This document shows positions 9,945 to 18,529 of a DNA stretch of 64,000 nt, piece after piece. Under the pieces are notes generated by a model. That model searched no databases. It was given only the letters and a program-made list of their open reading frames with translations, and was not told where the DNA came from. Made by a program: the position numbers and the translations under genes. This stretch comes from an archaeon. GTDB taxonomy: Archaea > Nanobdellota > Nanobdellia > Pacearchaeales > GW2011-AR1. Where the stretch lies: assembly GCA_018651925.1 (NCBI GenBank), contig JABIDC010000003.1, positions 12,956 to 76,955 of the forward strand. The letters run 5' to 3'. How positions within the stretch are numbered: position 1 is the first letter of the stretch; every line of letters begins with the position of its first letter.

Positions 9945-10321
9945 TATTTCCGTTTAAACTTTACCTCCAATACTCCATTTTTGAATGTCTTTTGAAATTC
10001 TTTATGTTTAACAAAACTAGGTAATTCTTTTTTAAATTCAACTCCACGAATAAGTTTTTCTTTAAGATAAGGTTGAACTTCAGCAAGTTTTTCTTTAACT
10101 GCTTTTACAAAAATTTCATTCTTTGTTATCTCAACCTTAACATCATCAAAAGAATAACCAGGAATTTCAAAAACAAAATAAACTTCTTTTCCTTGTTCAA
10201 TAAAATCAATTACTCTTTCTTCTTGTTCACCAGTAATAACTCTTTTTCTTCGGGTCGTAGGCCTTCCACCAAATAATTCATTTACCATTTCATCGAATCC
10301 TTCATCTCCAAAAAAGCTCAT
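9944..10321 (-). CDS. small heat-shock protein (Hsp20/alpha-crystallin family)
   Basis: 125 aa. EVYFVFEIPGYSFDDVKVEITKNEIFVKA ... FKNGVLEVKFKRK. Its start overlaps the upstream Cdc48 stop (ATGA), and its stop overlaps the downstream Cdc48 start (TAATG). Confidence 0.85.
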   Translation of the reverse strand: MSFFGDEGFDEMVNELFGGRPTTRRKRVITGEQEERVIDFIEQGKEVYFVFEIPGYSFDDVKVEITKNEIFVKAVKEKLAEVQPYLKEKLIRGVEFKKELPSFVKHKEFQKTFKNGVLEVKFKRK

Positions 10322-12621
10322 CCTAAATAACTCCCTGAACTCGGAATCGCAGCCTTAGCTGACTTCAAAAAGTTCTCTTCAATTTTTTTATAAGCTTCCA
10401 ATGTTTCTTTTGTTACACTTGATTTAATTTTTGTTAATGCTTTTGTAAAATGTTTCTTTGTCACAACTTCAGATTTCAAATTTTCTCTTAAAGCAATCAT
10501 TGCAGCTTCACGAGATAATGCTTCCAAATCCGCACCAGTAAAACCAACTGTTTCTTTTGCAATCAAATTGATATTTACATCTTTTTCCAAAGGCATATTT
10601 TTTGTATGAATCTTCAAGATCTTTTCTCGACCAATTTCTTCTGGCGCATTTACCAAAAGCATCTTATCAAAGCGACCAGGCCTTAATAATGCTGTGTCTA
10701 ACATATCCGGTCTGTTCGTAGCAGCCACAACCAAAATATCATTCATTTCTTCAAGCCCATCCATCTCTGCAAGCATTTGATTCAAAACTCTTTCTGTAAC
10801 TTTTCCCCCTTGATCATTTCCTCGCTTCCCAGCCAAAGAATCAATTTCATCAAAAAAGATCACACAAGGAGAAACTTGTCTCGCACGTTCGAAAATTTTT
10901 CTCATTCCTTCTTCAGATTTTCCAACCCACATAGAAAGTAATGAAGGTCCCTTCACTTGAATAAAATTTGCTTCAGATTCTTTTGCAACTGCCTTTGCAA
11001 GCAAAGTCTTTCCAGTTCCAGGAGGACCATAAAGTAAAATTCCTCGACTAGGACGAATTCCCATTCTCTTGAAACTATCTGCATATTTCATTGGCCATTC
11101 AACTGCTTCATTTAATTCTTGCTTAATCGAATCTAAACCTCCGACATCACTCCAATCTACATTTGGAGTTTCAACCAAAACTTCTCTCATCGCAGAAGGT
11201 CGAACAATCTTTAATGCAGCATCAAAATCTTCTTTTTTAATAATTAATTTCTCTAAAACTTCTGATGCAATTTCTTCTTCAGACAATTTAATATCTGGCA
11301 ATAATTTTCTCAAAACATTCATCGCAGCTTCCTTACATAAAGACTCTAAATCTGCACCAACAAAACCATGTGTAACAGAAGCTAAATATTCTAAATCTAC
11401 TGTATTCTCTAAAGGCATTCCACGAGTATGAATTTTCAAAACTTGTAATCTTCCTTTTTTACTTGGAACTCCAACTTCAATTTCTCGATCAAATCTTCCA
11501 GGACGCCTTAAGGCAGAATCAAGAGCATTAATTCTATTTGTAGCTCCAATAACAATAACTCTTCCACGAGATTTCAAACCATCCATCATTGTCAAAATTT
11601 GAGAAACAACTCTTCTTTCAACTTCTCCTTGAACATCTTCTCTCTTAGGGGCAATAGCATCAATTTCATCAATAAAAATAATTGAAGGAGCATTAACTTC
11701 TGCATCCTCAAAAATAGAACGAATCTTTTTTTCAGATTCCCCATAAAATTTACTCATAATCTCTGGACCATTAAGTAAAACAAAATTTGCTTCAGTTTCA
11801 GTTGCAACCGCTTTTGCTAAAAGAGTCTTTCCTGTTCCAGGAGGACCATGTAACAAAACTCCTTTAGGAGGTTCAACTCCAAGTTTTTGAAAAATCTCTG
11901 GGTGCTTCATTGGAATTTCAACCATTTCCCGAATCTTTTTTATTTCTTCATCCAATCCTCCAATATCTTCATAATTAATTTCAGGGATTTTTTCATCAAG
12001 CATTTCAACTGCTTTTGAATTCAAAACAACTTCAGTATTTTCAGAAATAAAAACAGGTTTATTTGGATCAGCATTTACAACAACAAATTTTAATTGAGTA
12101 ATTCCCCCTCCAAGATTTCCCATTCCACCAAAAGAGTCAAGCAAGTTTCCAAAAATATCTCCCATATCACCCATATCACCCATTAAATCTTTTCTTCTTT
12201 GCACTCCCCCCAATACAACCAAATCTCCTTTAACCAAAGTTCTTCCAAGCAAACCTTTCCTAAGATTATCTGAATCTCCTTGGACCATTATTCCTTTTTG
12301 TGCGGGTGCAATTGTAATTTTTTTAGCTTCCTTCATTTCCACAGAATCAATTTCTACAAAATCTCCAATTCCAGTCTTAGCATTACGTCTTAAAATTCCA
12401 TCAATACGGATAATTCCTTCCCCCACATCTGCAGGATAAGCCCGATCAACAATTGCCACAGTTGTTCTACTTCCTTTAATCAAAATTGAATCTCCACGAC
12501 TAACTCCCAATTTTTCCATTATGGATTTATCAATTCTTGCGATACCTTTGTAAGCATCATCTTGCAAAGCTTCAACAACTTTCAATTCGATTTGTTTATT
12601 CTTCTCCATTTTCTTTTCCAA
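10318..12621 (-). CDS. Cdc48/VCP/p97-type AAA+ ATPase (copy 2)
   Basis: 767 aa. Two AAA modules (GPPGTGKT twice). The N-domain carries a Gly/Met/Asp-rich insert ([26 protein letters not shown]). Confidence 0.95.
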   Translation of the reverse strand: MEKKMEKNKQIELKVVEALQDDAYKGIARIDKSIMEKLGVSRGDSILIKGSRTTVAIVDRAYPADVGEGIIRIDGILRRNAKTGIGDFVEIDSVEMKEAKKITIAPAQKGIMVQGDSDNLRKGLLGRTLVKGDLVVLGGVQRRKDLMGDMGDMGDIFGNLLDSFGGMGNLGGGITQLKFVVVNADPNKPVFISENTEVVLNSKAVEMLDEKIPEINYEDIGGLDEEIKKIREMVEIPMKHPEIFQKLGVEPPKGVLLHGPPGTGKTLLAKAVATETEANFVLLNGPEIMSKFYGESEKKIRSIFEDAEVNAPSIIFIDEIDAIAPKREDVQGEVERRVVSQILTMMDGLKSRGRVIVIGATNRINALDSALRRPGRFDREIEVGVPSKKGRLQVLKIHTRGMPLENTVDLEYLASVTHGFVGADLESLCKEAAMNVLRKLLPDIKLSEEEIASEVLEKLIIKKEDFDAALKIVRPSAMREVLVETPNVDWSDVGGLDSIKQELNEAVEWPMKYADSFKRMGIRPSRGILLYGPPGTGKTLLAKAVAKESEANFIQVKGPSLLSMWVGKSEEGMRKIFERARQVSPCVIFFDEIDSLAGKRGNDQGGKVTERVLNQMLAEMDGLEEMNDILVVAATNRPDMLDTALLRPGRFDKMLLVNAPEEIGREKILKIHTKNMPLEKDVNINLIAKETVGFTGADLEALSREAAMIALRENLKSEVVTKKHFTKALTKIKSSVTKETLEAYKKIEENFLKSAKAAIPSSGSYLG

Positions 12622-12949
12622 AATTTAAACTAACCCGCCCAATTTCTTCGAAACAAAGCTTAACCATTTCATCCATCACACTATGTTGATTTTCCATAAA
12701 TGAAACAATCTCACGCGGAATCGAAACAGCATAACTATTTCCTACTAGTCTCATCTTAACACTAAATTCTTTGTTTTTTAAACTTATAAATTTATTATAA
12801 TTTTGTTCATCCAGAGGATGTAGTATTTTCTCATGACATCTCGGACAAATAACTGCCCTAAAAACAAATCCTTTCTTCGATAAATTTGCTTTCTCCATTT
12901 TCGCATCACACTTTTTACATAAAATCGTGCTATCAAAAATGTCTGTCAT
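12596..12949 (-). CDS. zinc-ribbon plus AbrB/SpoVT-like DNA-binding domain protein
   Basis: CKKCDAKM...CPRCHEK zinc ribbon followed by the swapped-hairpin motif VGNSYAVSIPREIV. Start set at MTDIF (CAT at 12947-12949). Its 3' end overlaps the Cdc48 copy 2 start. Confidence 0.65.
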   Translation of the reverse strand: MTDIFDSTILCKKCDAKMEKANLSKKGFVFRAVICPRCHEKILHPLDEQNYNKFISLKNKEFSVKMRLVGNSYAVSIPREIVSFMENQHSVMDEMVKLCFEEIGRVSLNFGKENGEE

Positions 12950-13041
12950 GTGTATACACAAAGATATACACTATTTAAAGTTTATTGCAAAAAAATAAAT
13001 AATTTAAGAAGTTTTAAAAATGAAATCCCCCTCCAATAATA

Positions 13042-13668
13042 ATGAAAACAACCGACATAAAAAAATTCTTATCTAAATTCTGGCAAATTGTTTGGAAAGA
13101 CGATTCGTTCAAAGGATGGATTATTTCAATAATCTTTTTATTCGTTGTAATAAAATTAATTTTCTTTCCGGTTCTAAACCTTGCAACTGGAACGGAATTG
13201 CCTTTAGCAATTGTAGAATCCTGCAGTATGTATCATCAAGGCGACATGTTTGGAAATTACGATGAATGGTATGGAAGACACGAACAAAAATATTCAATTC
13301 TCGATATAACAAAAGAACAATTTAAAGAGTTCACATTAAAAAAAGGATTTAACAAAGGAGATATTTTATTTATCATAGGAGTGGATCCAGAAGATGTAAA
13401 GGTCGGAGACATCATAATCTTTAATGCAAATCATGCAAATCCAATTATCCACCGAGTAATGGAAATAAAACAAGTAGATGGAGAATATTTCTACAGCACA
13501 CTTGGAGACAATAATAACGGACAATTAGCAGTAGAAAAAAACATCTCTGAAACCCAACTTGTAGGAAAAGCTGTTTTCAAATTGGCTCCCTATTTGGGAT
13601 GGGTAAAATTAGCATTCTTTGAATTACAAAGACCTGAATCTCAAAGAGGAATTTGTTACGAAAATTAA
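13042..13668 (+). CDS. signal peptidase I, archaeal/eukaryotic (S26B, Sec11-like) type
   Basis: N-terminal TM segment, Ser box IVESCSMYHQGD, GDILFI/GDIIIF boxes and His box IIHRV. Confidence 0.75.
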   Translation: MKTTDIKKFLSKFWQIVWKDDSFKGWIISIIFLFVVIKLIFFPVLNLATGTELPLAIVESCSMYHQGDMFGNYDEWYGRHEQKYSILDITKEQFKEFTLKKGFNKGDILFIIGVDPEDVKVGDIIIFNANHANPIIHRVMEIKQVDGEYFYSTLGDNNNGQLAVEKNISETQLVGKAVFKLAPYLGWVKLAFFELQRPESQRGICYEN

Positions 13669-13711
13669 CCTTAATCCAAAACTTTTTAAACACAATAACA
13701 TACTAACTAAA

Positions 13712-14017
13712 ATGGAATTTTGCCCAAAATGCGGTGCGATACTTATACAAAAGCGAAAAAACGATGGTTGCCCACGATGCAGTTACACAAAAAAAGGAAC
13801 ATCAAAAATAACAACTTCTGAAAAAATTGAAGAAAGAAAAGAAATTCCGATTATCTCTTCTAAAACCGAAACAAGGCCAGTTGTAAAACAACCTTGTAAA
13901 AAATGTAAAAATAAAGAAGCTTACTTTTGGACACTTCAAACAAGAGCAAGCGACGAAGCAGAAACAAAATTCTTCAAATGCACCGAATGTGAGCATACTT
14001 GGAGAGAGTATCGTTAA
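13712..14017 (+). CDS. tfs: transcription factor S / RNAP subunit M (TFIIS C-terminal zinc ribbon)
   Basis: Start at MEFCPKCGAIL (ATG 13712). N-terminal Zn ribbon and C-terminal CKKCKNKEAYFWTLQTRASDEAETKFFKCTECEHTW containing the acidic DE hairpin. Confidence 0.85.
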   Translation: MEFCPKCGAILIQKRKNDGCPRCSYTKKGTSKITTSEKIEERKEIPIISSKTETRPVVKQPCKKCKNKEAYFWTLQTRASDEAETKFFKCTECEHTWREYR

Positions 14018-14080
14018 TAGATAAACCTTTTAAACTTAAATCTTAATATATTTTTAGAATAACGTCAGTTATTTCATTAT

Positions 14081-14155
14081 GGCTTCGTAGCTCAGCCTGG
14101 TCAGAGCACTAGACTCTTAATCTAGGTGTCGAGGGTTCAAATCCCTTCGGGGCCA
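14081..14155 (+). tRNA. tRNA-Lys (anticodon CUU)
   Basis: 75-nt cloverleaf folded by hand: acceptor GGCTTCG/CGGGGCC (two G-U pairs), D arm GCTC/GAGC, anticodon arm CTAGA-CTCTTAA-TCTAG, T arm GAGGG-TTCAAAT-CCCTT, discriminator A. No encoded CCA. Confidence 0.9.
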
Positions 14156-14173
14156 TAATCTTTATTTTTATTT
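14144..14173 (+). repeat. direct repeat copy 1 (last 12 nt of tRNA-Lys plus 18-nt T-rich trailer)
   Basis: CCTTCGGGGCCATAATCTTTATTTTTATTT is identical to 14248-14277. Confidence 0.9.
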
Positions 14174-14247
14174 GAACCTTGGTTTGGTGGCTGAAATTTA
14201 TTTCAGATGCCAGGCGAAAATTCCCCAAAGAATTTTCAGCCCAAAAA
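14174..14247 (+). other. conserved tRNA-trailer element (two hairpins), homologous to 43086-43164 on the minus strand
   Basis: Hairpins at 14191-14206 and 14213-14241. The 5' core ATTTGAACCTTGGTTTGGTGGCTGAAATTTATTTCAGATGCCAGGCGAAAATT matches about 46 of 55 hand-aligned positions of the element downstream of tRNA-Ile. Confidence 0.6.
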
Positions 14248-14277
14248 CCTTCGGGGCCATAATCTTTATTTTTATTT
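14248..14277 (+). repeat. direct repeat copy 2 (copy of the tRNA-Lys 3' end plus trailer)
   Basis: Exact 30-nt copy of 14144-14173, located 104 nt downstream. Confidence 0.9.
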
Positions 14278-14325
14278 AAAAAATAATTTTATCCTTTCCT
14301 TTTGGAAATCTTTCTTTTAAATAAT

Positions 14326-15189
14326 TTAATCCATCTTACAAGCATAAGTCACATGATTACTAACATGTAAAGGAGAAGAGGCACAATCTAAATTAAATCT
14401 TGCCGCATCTTCATAAAATGTGGCAACCACCCCCTCTTGAAATGGGACATATCTCATAGAACCTGCACTTCCCCCAACCTCTTTTGCATCCCTTGGCAAT
14501 CCAGAAGGATTATTGTTTCGTACCCACTCAGCAAAACTTACAAAGCTCGTCCCAGATTTTTTTGGAGCCTTAAAATCTGGACCAGAAAACGAAGTTGCAC
14601 CAACACAAAAATTCTTTGAACCAAAAAATAAATCTCTTCCAACTCTTCTCGCTCGAGCATTTAACCAAATTCTTGGAAAATCTTTTCTCAAAGGACCAGA
14701 ATAATATGTTGAATCCTTACCAAACTTTGAAACTTTCTGAAATTCTCTAAATTGAGAAATGTTTGGCATAAAAAATCCCTTATCATGTAATTTTTCAATA
14801 GATTCTTCCCAAGAATAATTTGACAAAAAAGGATGAGAAGAAATTTTGATTCCTGAATCAGGCAAATAAATAAAAGTAGAATTTTGGCCTTCATTTTTTG
14901 AAGCATAAATCATTTCAGTAATTCCAAAAATAACCTCTGGATCAAATTCCCTCACCTCGTTTTCTTCCAACAATTTTTTTGCAAGATCAGAAGCAGAAGG
15001 ATCTCCAGAATCTCCTGCAATTTTCCTCAAAAAAGTAGCATTCCATTGAAGATTTCTTCCCAAAATCTTAATCGCCATAAGTCTATCCTCAGCACGAACT
15101 CCATTTTTCGCGATATCCTCTAATTTTACATCATCTAAAGAAGACAATTCTCTTCCATTCAAACCATTTAAGAATTCTTCATTATCCAT
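14326..15189 (-). CDS. hypothetical protein, paralogue of 17771..18397
   Basis: 287 aa. The C-terminal block SFAEWVRNNNPSGLP...EGVVATFYEDAARFNLDCASSPLHVSNHV aligns with SLDSWLNDNSKQGLP...EGAVARFYADPFRSGLGCEGHPLYSNSF of the other ORF. Confidence 0.6.
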   Translation of the reverse strand: MDNEEFLNGLNGRELSSLDDVKLEDIAKNGVRAEDRLMAIKILGRNLQWNATFLRKIAGDSGDPSASDLAKKLLEENEVREFDPEVIFGITEMIYASKNEGQNSTFIYLPDSGIKISSHPFLSNYSWEESIEKLHDKGFFMPNISQFREFQKVSKFGKDSTYYSGPLRKDFPRIWLNARARRVGRDLFFGSKNFCVGATSFSGPDFKAPKKSGTSFVSFAEWVRNNNPSGLPRDAKEVGGSAGSMRYVPFQEGVVATFYEDAARFNLDCASSPLHVSNHVTYACKMD

Positions 15190-15247
15190 AAAAAATTTAA
15201 AAAAACTTTCTTTAAAAAGATTCCTATATGTAACTCCTAAAAAATAA

Positions 15248-15448
15248 CTACTTTCCCCTTCTCTTAAAAAATTCTATTTGTCGAAAGCGAGTCATTACAG
15301 ATTCATAATCTCCTTTATCTACTAAAATCTTTTTCCTATCCTTAGAAAGTAATCGAAAGTCACATTTTGAGACATCACACTCTATCTTAGTCTTTCCAGG
15401 ATAATCCCTCCAAGCCCGCGCAGTTTTCAATTTATATTGTAAAACCAT
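15248..15448 (-). CDS. hypothetical small basic protein
   Basis: 66 aa. Its start overlaps the stop of the upstream sHsp-like gene by 1 nt. Confidence 0.45.
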   Translation of the reverse strand: MVLQYKLKTARAWRDYPGKTKIECDVSKCDFRLLSKDRKKILVDKGDYESVMTRFRQIEFFKRRGK

Positions 15449-15729
15449 TATTTCTTCTTTAATACTATTTTTAAAATACCCTCAAAAAAATCAACCTTAT
15501 ATTTCTCTGGATCCACCTTTGGTAAATTAGAAAAATAAGAAAAATCCCTATTTGTTCGTTCTACTTGCAAAAAATTCTCTCTTTCATTTTCATTTTCATC
15601 AACATTCTTGGCCTCAATCAAAATAGAGCTTTCAGTAACTTTAATCTCAATATCTTCAAAATTAAAATCCGGCAAATTAAACTTCAAAACAATCTCATTA
15701 GATTCTTTATCTAATTGCATAAAAAACAT
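15448..15729 (-). CDS. short Hsp20/alpha-crystallin-domain protein
   Basis: 93 aa. FNLPDFNFEDIEIKVTESSILIEAKN ... DFFEGILKIVLKKK. Essentially a bare alpha-crystallin domain. Confidence 0.65.
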   Translation of the reverse strand: MFFMQLDKESNEIVLKFNLPDFNFEDIEIKVTESSILIEAKNVDENENERENFLQVERTNRDFSYFSNLPKVDPEKYKVDFFEGILKIVLKKK

Positions 15730-15979
15730 CTCCTTCCTCTAATTTTGGCTTGACAGGTAATTTTTTAATTAAATCCTTAGCATCATCTGTTTTTCCAATT
15801 AAACTTTTTCCCTTAACTTTTGCGTCAGTTTTTTCAATTAACCAAGAATGCGTTGCCCATTCTCCATTTTTCAACTTTCCGGCAAGCCTCTCTATATGTC
15901 CCTTTTCCCCAACATCTTGATTTCTAAATTCAACAAAATCCTTTTTCGGCCGAACAACAATGTGATAAAATTCTCCCAT
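15707..15979 (-). CDS. hypothetical protein
   Basis: Start set at MGEFYHIVV. 90 aa. The 3' end overlaps the sHsp-like gene by 23 nt. Confidence 0.45.
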   Translation of the reverse strand: MGEFYHIVVRPKKDFVEFRNQDVGEKGHIERLAGKLKNGEWATHSWLIEKTDAKVKGKSLIGKTDDAKDLIKKLPVKPKLEEGDVFYAIR

Positions 15980-16030
15980 AAATAAAAATAAAAACAAAAA
16001 GATATATATCTTAACACTAATATGTTTCTG

Positions 16031-16053
16031 AAAAAAGCGGGGAATAATACCCC
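16031..16053 (-). terminator. hairpin plus T-run downstream of pyrG
   Basis: The minus strand reads GGGGTATTATTCCCCGCTTTTTT: a GGGG/CCCC stem followed by T6. Confidence 0.45.
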
Positions 16054-16110
16054 AATAAATTAAACCAAACTTAATTTATAGAATCTCAGACGAATAGATT
16101 AGTTAAAAAA

Positions 16111-17697
16111 TCATTCAAATTTTTTTCTGATTGCGGATTCAACAAGACCTAAAAATAAAGGGGCCGGTTTTAACAAAGTACTCTTTAACTCTGGATGCCC
16201 CTGGGTCGCAACAAAATAATTATGATTTGGTAATTCGATAAATTCAACTAATTTCCCATTAGGTGAAACTCCCGAAAGAATCAAACCACTATCTTGTAAA
16301 ATATTATGATATTGAGGATTTACTTCATATCTATGCCTGTGTCTTTCAGAAACTTCTTGTGAGTCATATAACTTTTCAACTTTTGTTCCTTCCCTGATAA
16401 TTGCAGGATATGCTCCAAGCCTCATAGTTCCGCCCAAATTACTTATTCCTTTTTGCTCATCCAAAATATTAACAACCGGATTAGCACAATTCTCATCTAC
16501 TTCAGTAGTATTTGTAGAAGAAAGTCCACAAACATTTCTTGCGAATTCGATTACCGCCATTTGCAATCCATAACAAATTCCTAAAAAAGGTAAATTATTC
16601 TCTCTACAATATTTAATAACATCAATCTTCCCTTCAATTCCTCTCGAACCAAAACCTCCAGGAACAATAACTCCATCTATTCCACTCAAATCAAAATCCT
16701 TATTTTCAGTATCAATCCACCGAACATTTATCTTTGTAGAAAAATTCGAAGAACAATGATTTAATGCTTCAATAATGCTCGCATAAGAATCTTCCAAGGA
16801 AGTATATTTCCCCGCAATTGCAATTGTAATTTCTTTTTCATAATTTTCTCTCTTTTTTATTAATTCTTCCCATCTCCCCAAATCAGGCAAAATAGAAAAA
16901 TTTAATTTTCTTGCCAACAGTTGAGACAACCCCTGTTTTTCAAAAACAAGAGGAATTTTGTAAACATCGTCCACATCAATAGCAGTAAAAATTTCTTCCA
17001 CACTCAAATTACAAAAAGCACTAATTTTTTGCTTAACATTTTCTGTAAGCATTTCACTACAACGAGCAATAATAATGTCTGGCTCAATTCCTTTTTGTCT
17101 CAAAAACCCCACACTTTGTTGAGTGGGTTTTGACTTTTGTTCATCAACCCCAGAAGGAATTGGAACATAAGTAAGATGAACAAATAAAATATTTTCCTTT
17201 CCAACAGTCTGCATCAAAGATCTAACCGCATCAACATACAAATCATTTTCCATATCTCCAACAGTTCCACCAATTTCAATCAAAACTATCTCTGCATCAC
17301 TTTCTTCACCAACCTTCAAAAAATGATTTCGAATAAAATTAGAAACATGTGGAACCATTTGCACAGTTTTTCCAAGATAATCTCCTCTTCTTTCTTTTTC
17401 TCGAATTTCTGAAAAAACTTTTCCCATCGTTAAATTCCAATCATATTTACAAGTAATTCCTAAAAATCTTTCATAATGACCAAAGTCCATATCAACTTCT
17501 GCACCATCATCTAAAACAAAAACTTCTCCATGTTCAATTGGATTCATGGTTCCAGGATCGACATTCAAATAACCATCACATTTAATTGGAACAACTTTAT
17601 ATTGAGAAGAAAGAAGATTTCCAATACTTGCCATAGCAATTCCTTTTCCAAGACCAGATAAAACACCTCCAGTTACCACCAAATATTTTCTTTGCAT
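16111..17697 (-). CDS. pyrG: CTP synthase
   Basis: Start at MQRKYLVVTGGVLSGLGKG (P-loop-like synthetase N-terminus). C-terminal glutaminase domain with GICYGLQ and GHPE motifs. Confidence 0.95.
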   Translation of the reverse strand: MQRKYLVVTGGVLSGLGKGIAMASIGNLLSSQYKVVPIKCDGYLNVDPGTMNPIEHGEVFVLDDGAEVDMDFGHYERFLGITCKYDWNLTMGKVFSEIREKERRGDYLGKTVQMVPHVSNFIRNHFLKVGEESDAEIVLIEIGGTVGDMENDLYVDAVRSLMQTVGKENILFVHLTYVPIPSGVDEQKSKPTQQSVGFLRQKGIEPDIIIARCSEMLTENVKQKISAFCNLSVEEIFTAIDVDDVYKIPLVFEKQGLSQLLARKLNFSILPDLGRWEELIKKRENYEKEITIAIAGKYTSLEDSYASIIEALNHCSSNFSTKINVRWIDTENKDFDLSGIDGVIVPGGFGSRGIEGKIDVIKYCRENNLPFLGICYGLQMAVIEFARNVCGLSSTNTTEVDENCANPVVNILDEQKGISNLGGTMRLGAYPAIIREGTKVEKLYDSQEVSERHRHRYEVNPQYHNILQDSGLILSGVSPNGKLVEFIELPNHNYFVATQGHPELKSTLLKPAPLFLGLVESAIRKKFE

Positions 17698-17770
17698 AAC
17701 AATAAACCGAATTTTAATTTTTAAATTCAATTGTTGTCAAAACTATAATTCATTTTACAATCAAGGTAAA

Positions 17771-18397
17771 CTATGCAGCTTCCCGAACAACTCTTACCCC
17801 AAGGAAGGAATTACTATACAAGGGATGCCCCTCGCAACCCAAACCAGACCTGAAGGGATCTGCATAAAATCTCGCAACAGCTCCCTCTTTTGGGGACCAG
17901 AAATTCAATTTTCCAGAGTCGATTTTTTTATGGGGCAATCCTTGTTTTGAATTATCATTTAACCAAGAATCTAAAGAAATTCCCAGAACTCTATCTTCAA
18001 TTAAATTTCTTTTATGAACCTTTTCTATTCCATTAGGAGTAATAATATAAAATTCCCCGTCTTCTTTATCAAATTCTGCATAAAACCTCTCTCCTTGCAA
18101 GCCATTTTGTCCCATAATTTGATTATAAATTTCAGGCCTATTCTCTTTTGTATAAATTGCTACTTTTTTAAATTCAGTAATCATTTCTACCCTTCCACCC
18201 TCTTCTCTAGAAATTCTCTTTTGATTATCCCAATTTTCACCACGAGCAACTAAACCTTCAGTAACATACATGCCTAATTTTGGAACATACATGAATCCTT
18301 TTGGAGCATTTGCTTGTAAATGTTCAATTCTTTCTTGTTCAATTCTTCTACCTTCAGGTGAAACAGCAAATCTATTTCTTCTAAATTTTTCACTCAT
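17771..18397 (-). CDS. hypothetical protein, paralogue of 14326..15189
   Basis: 208 aa. Shares the Y-x-P-x2-G...W...G-x2-M-x2-I-x-F block and the C-terminal W-x3-N-x3-GLP ... EG-x-VA-x-FY-x-D ... PL-x2-SN block with 14326..15189. Confidence 0.6.
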   Translation of the reverse strand: MSEKFRRNRFAVSPEGRRIEQERIEHLQANAPKGFMYVPKLGMYVTEGLVARGENWDNQKRISREEGGRVEMITEFKKVAIYTKENRPEIYNQIMGQNGLQGERFYAEFDKEDGEFYIITPNGIEKVHKRNLIEDRVLGISLDSWLNDNSKQGLPHKKIDSGKLNFWSPKEGAVARFYADPFRSGLGCEGHPLYSNSFLGVRVVREAA

Positions 18398-18451
18398 ATT
18401 ATCTCCTAAAAATATTATTATTTAAAGATTATTATAATTAAAAAATATAAT

Positions 18452-18470
18452 GCCCTTGGGTTTCAAGGGC
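18452..18470 (-). terminator. 7-bp hairpin downstream of the wHTH regulator gene
   Basis: GCCCTTG-ggttt-CAAGGGC. On the minus strand it is followed by ATTATATTTTT. Confidence 0.4.
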
Positions 18471-18529
18471 CAAAATAATAAGGTGTTAGCACTATTTACT
18501 AGTCCTACTTCAAATCTGGGGCGGTAGAA

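Noticed and set aside
11069-11431. 120-aa plus-strand ORF inside Cdc48 copy 2. The same applies to 33786..34238 in valS, 36861..37244 in minD, 51928..52257 and 52330..52659 in mcm, 60721..60969 in ftsZ, and 14437..14704 in the orphan gene.
   Set aside because: All are antisense to genes with unambiguous family motifs. They have Ser/Leu/Phe-rich composition and no motifs of their own, so I treat them as shadow ORFs.
14188-14245. The element read as a hammerhead-type ribozyme, a C/D-box sRNA, or a small-peptide gene
   Set aside because: There is no CUGAUGA/GAAA hammerhead core conserved in both copies, and no RUGAUGA plus CUGA box pair. The ATGs in the two copies lie at different alignment positions and give unrelated peptides.
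14174-14259. The trailer element plus terminal copy read as a second tRNA, a pseudo-tRNA or a Nanoarchaeum-style split tRNA half
   Set aside because: No cloverleaf can be drawn. There is no acceptor 5' strand for CGGGGCC (GGTTTGG pairs only with a mismatch, and the Ile copy has nothing equivalent). There is no 7-nt anticodon-type loop. The copy covers only the last 12-20 nt rather than a half-molecule from position 38.
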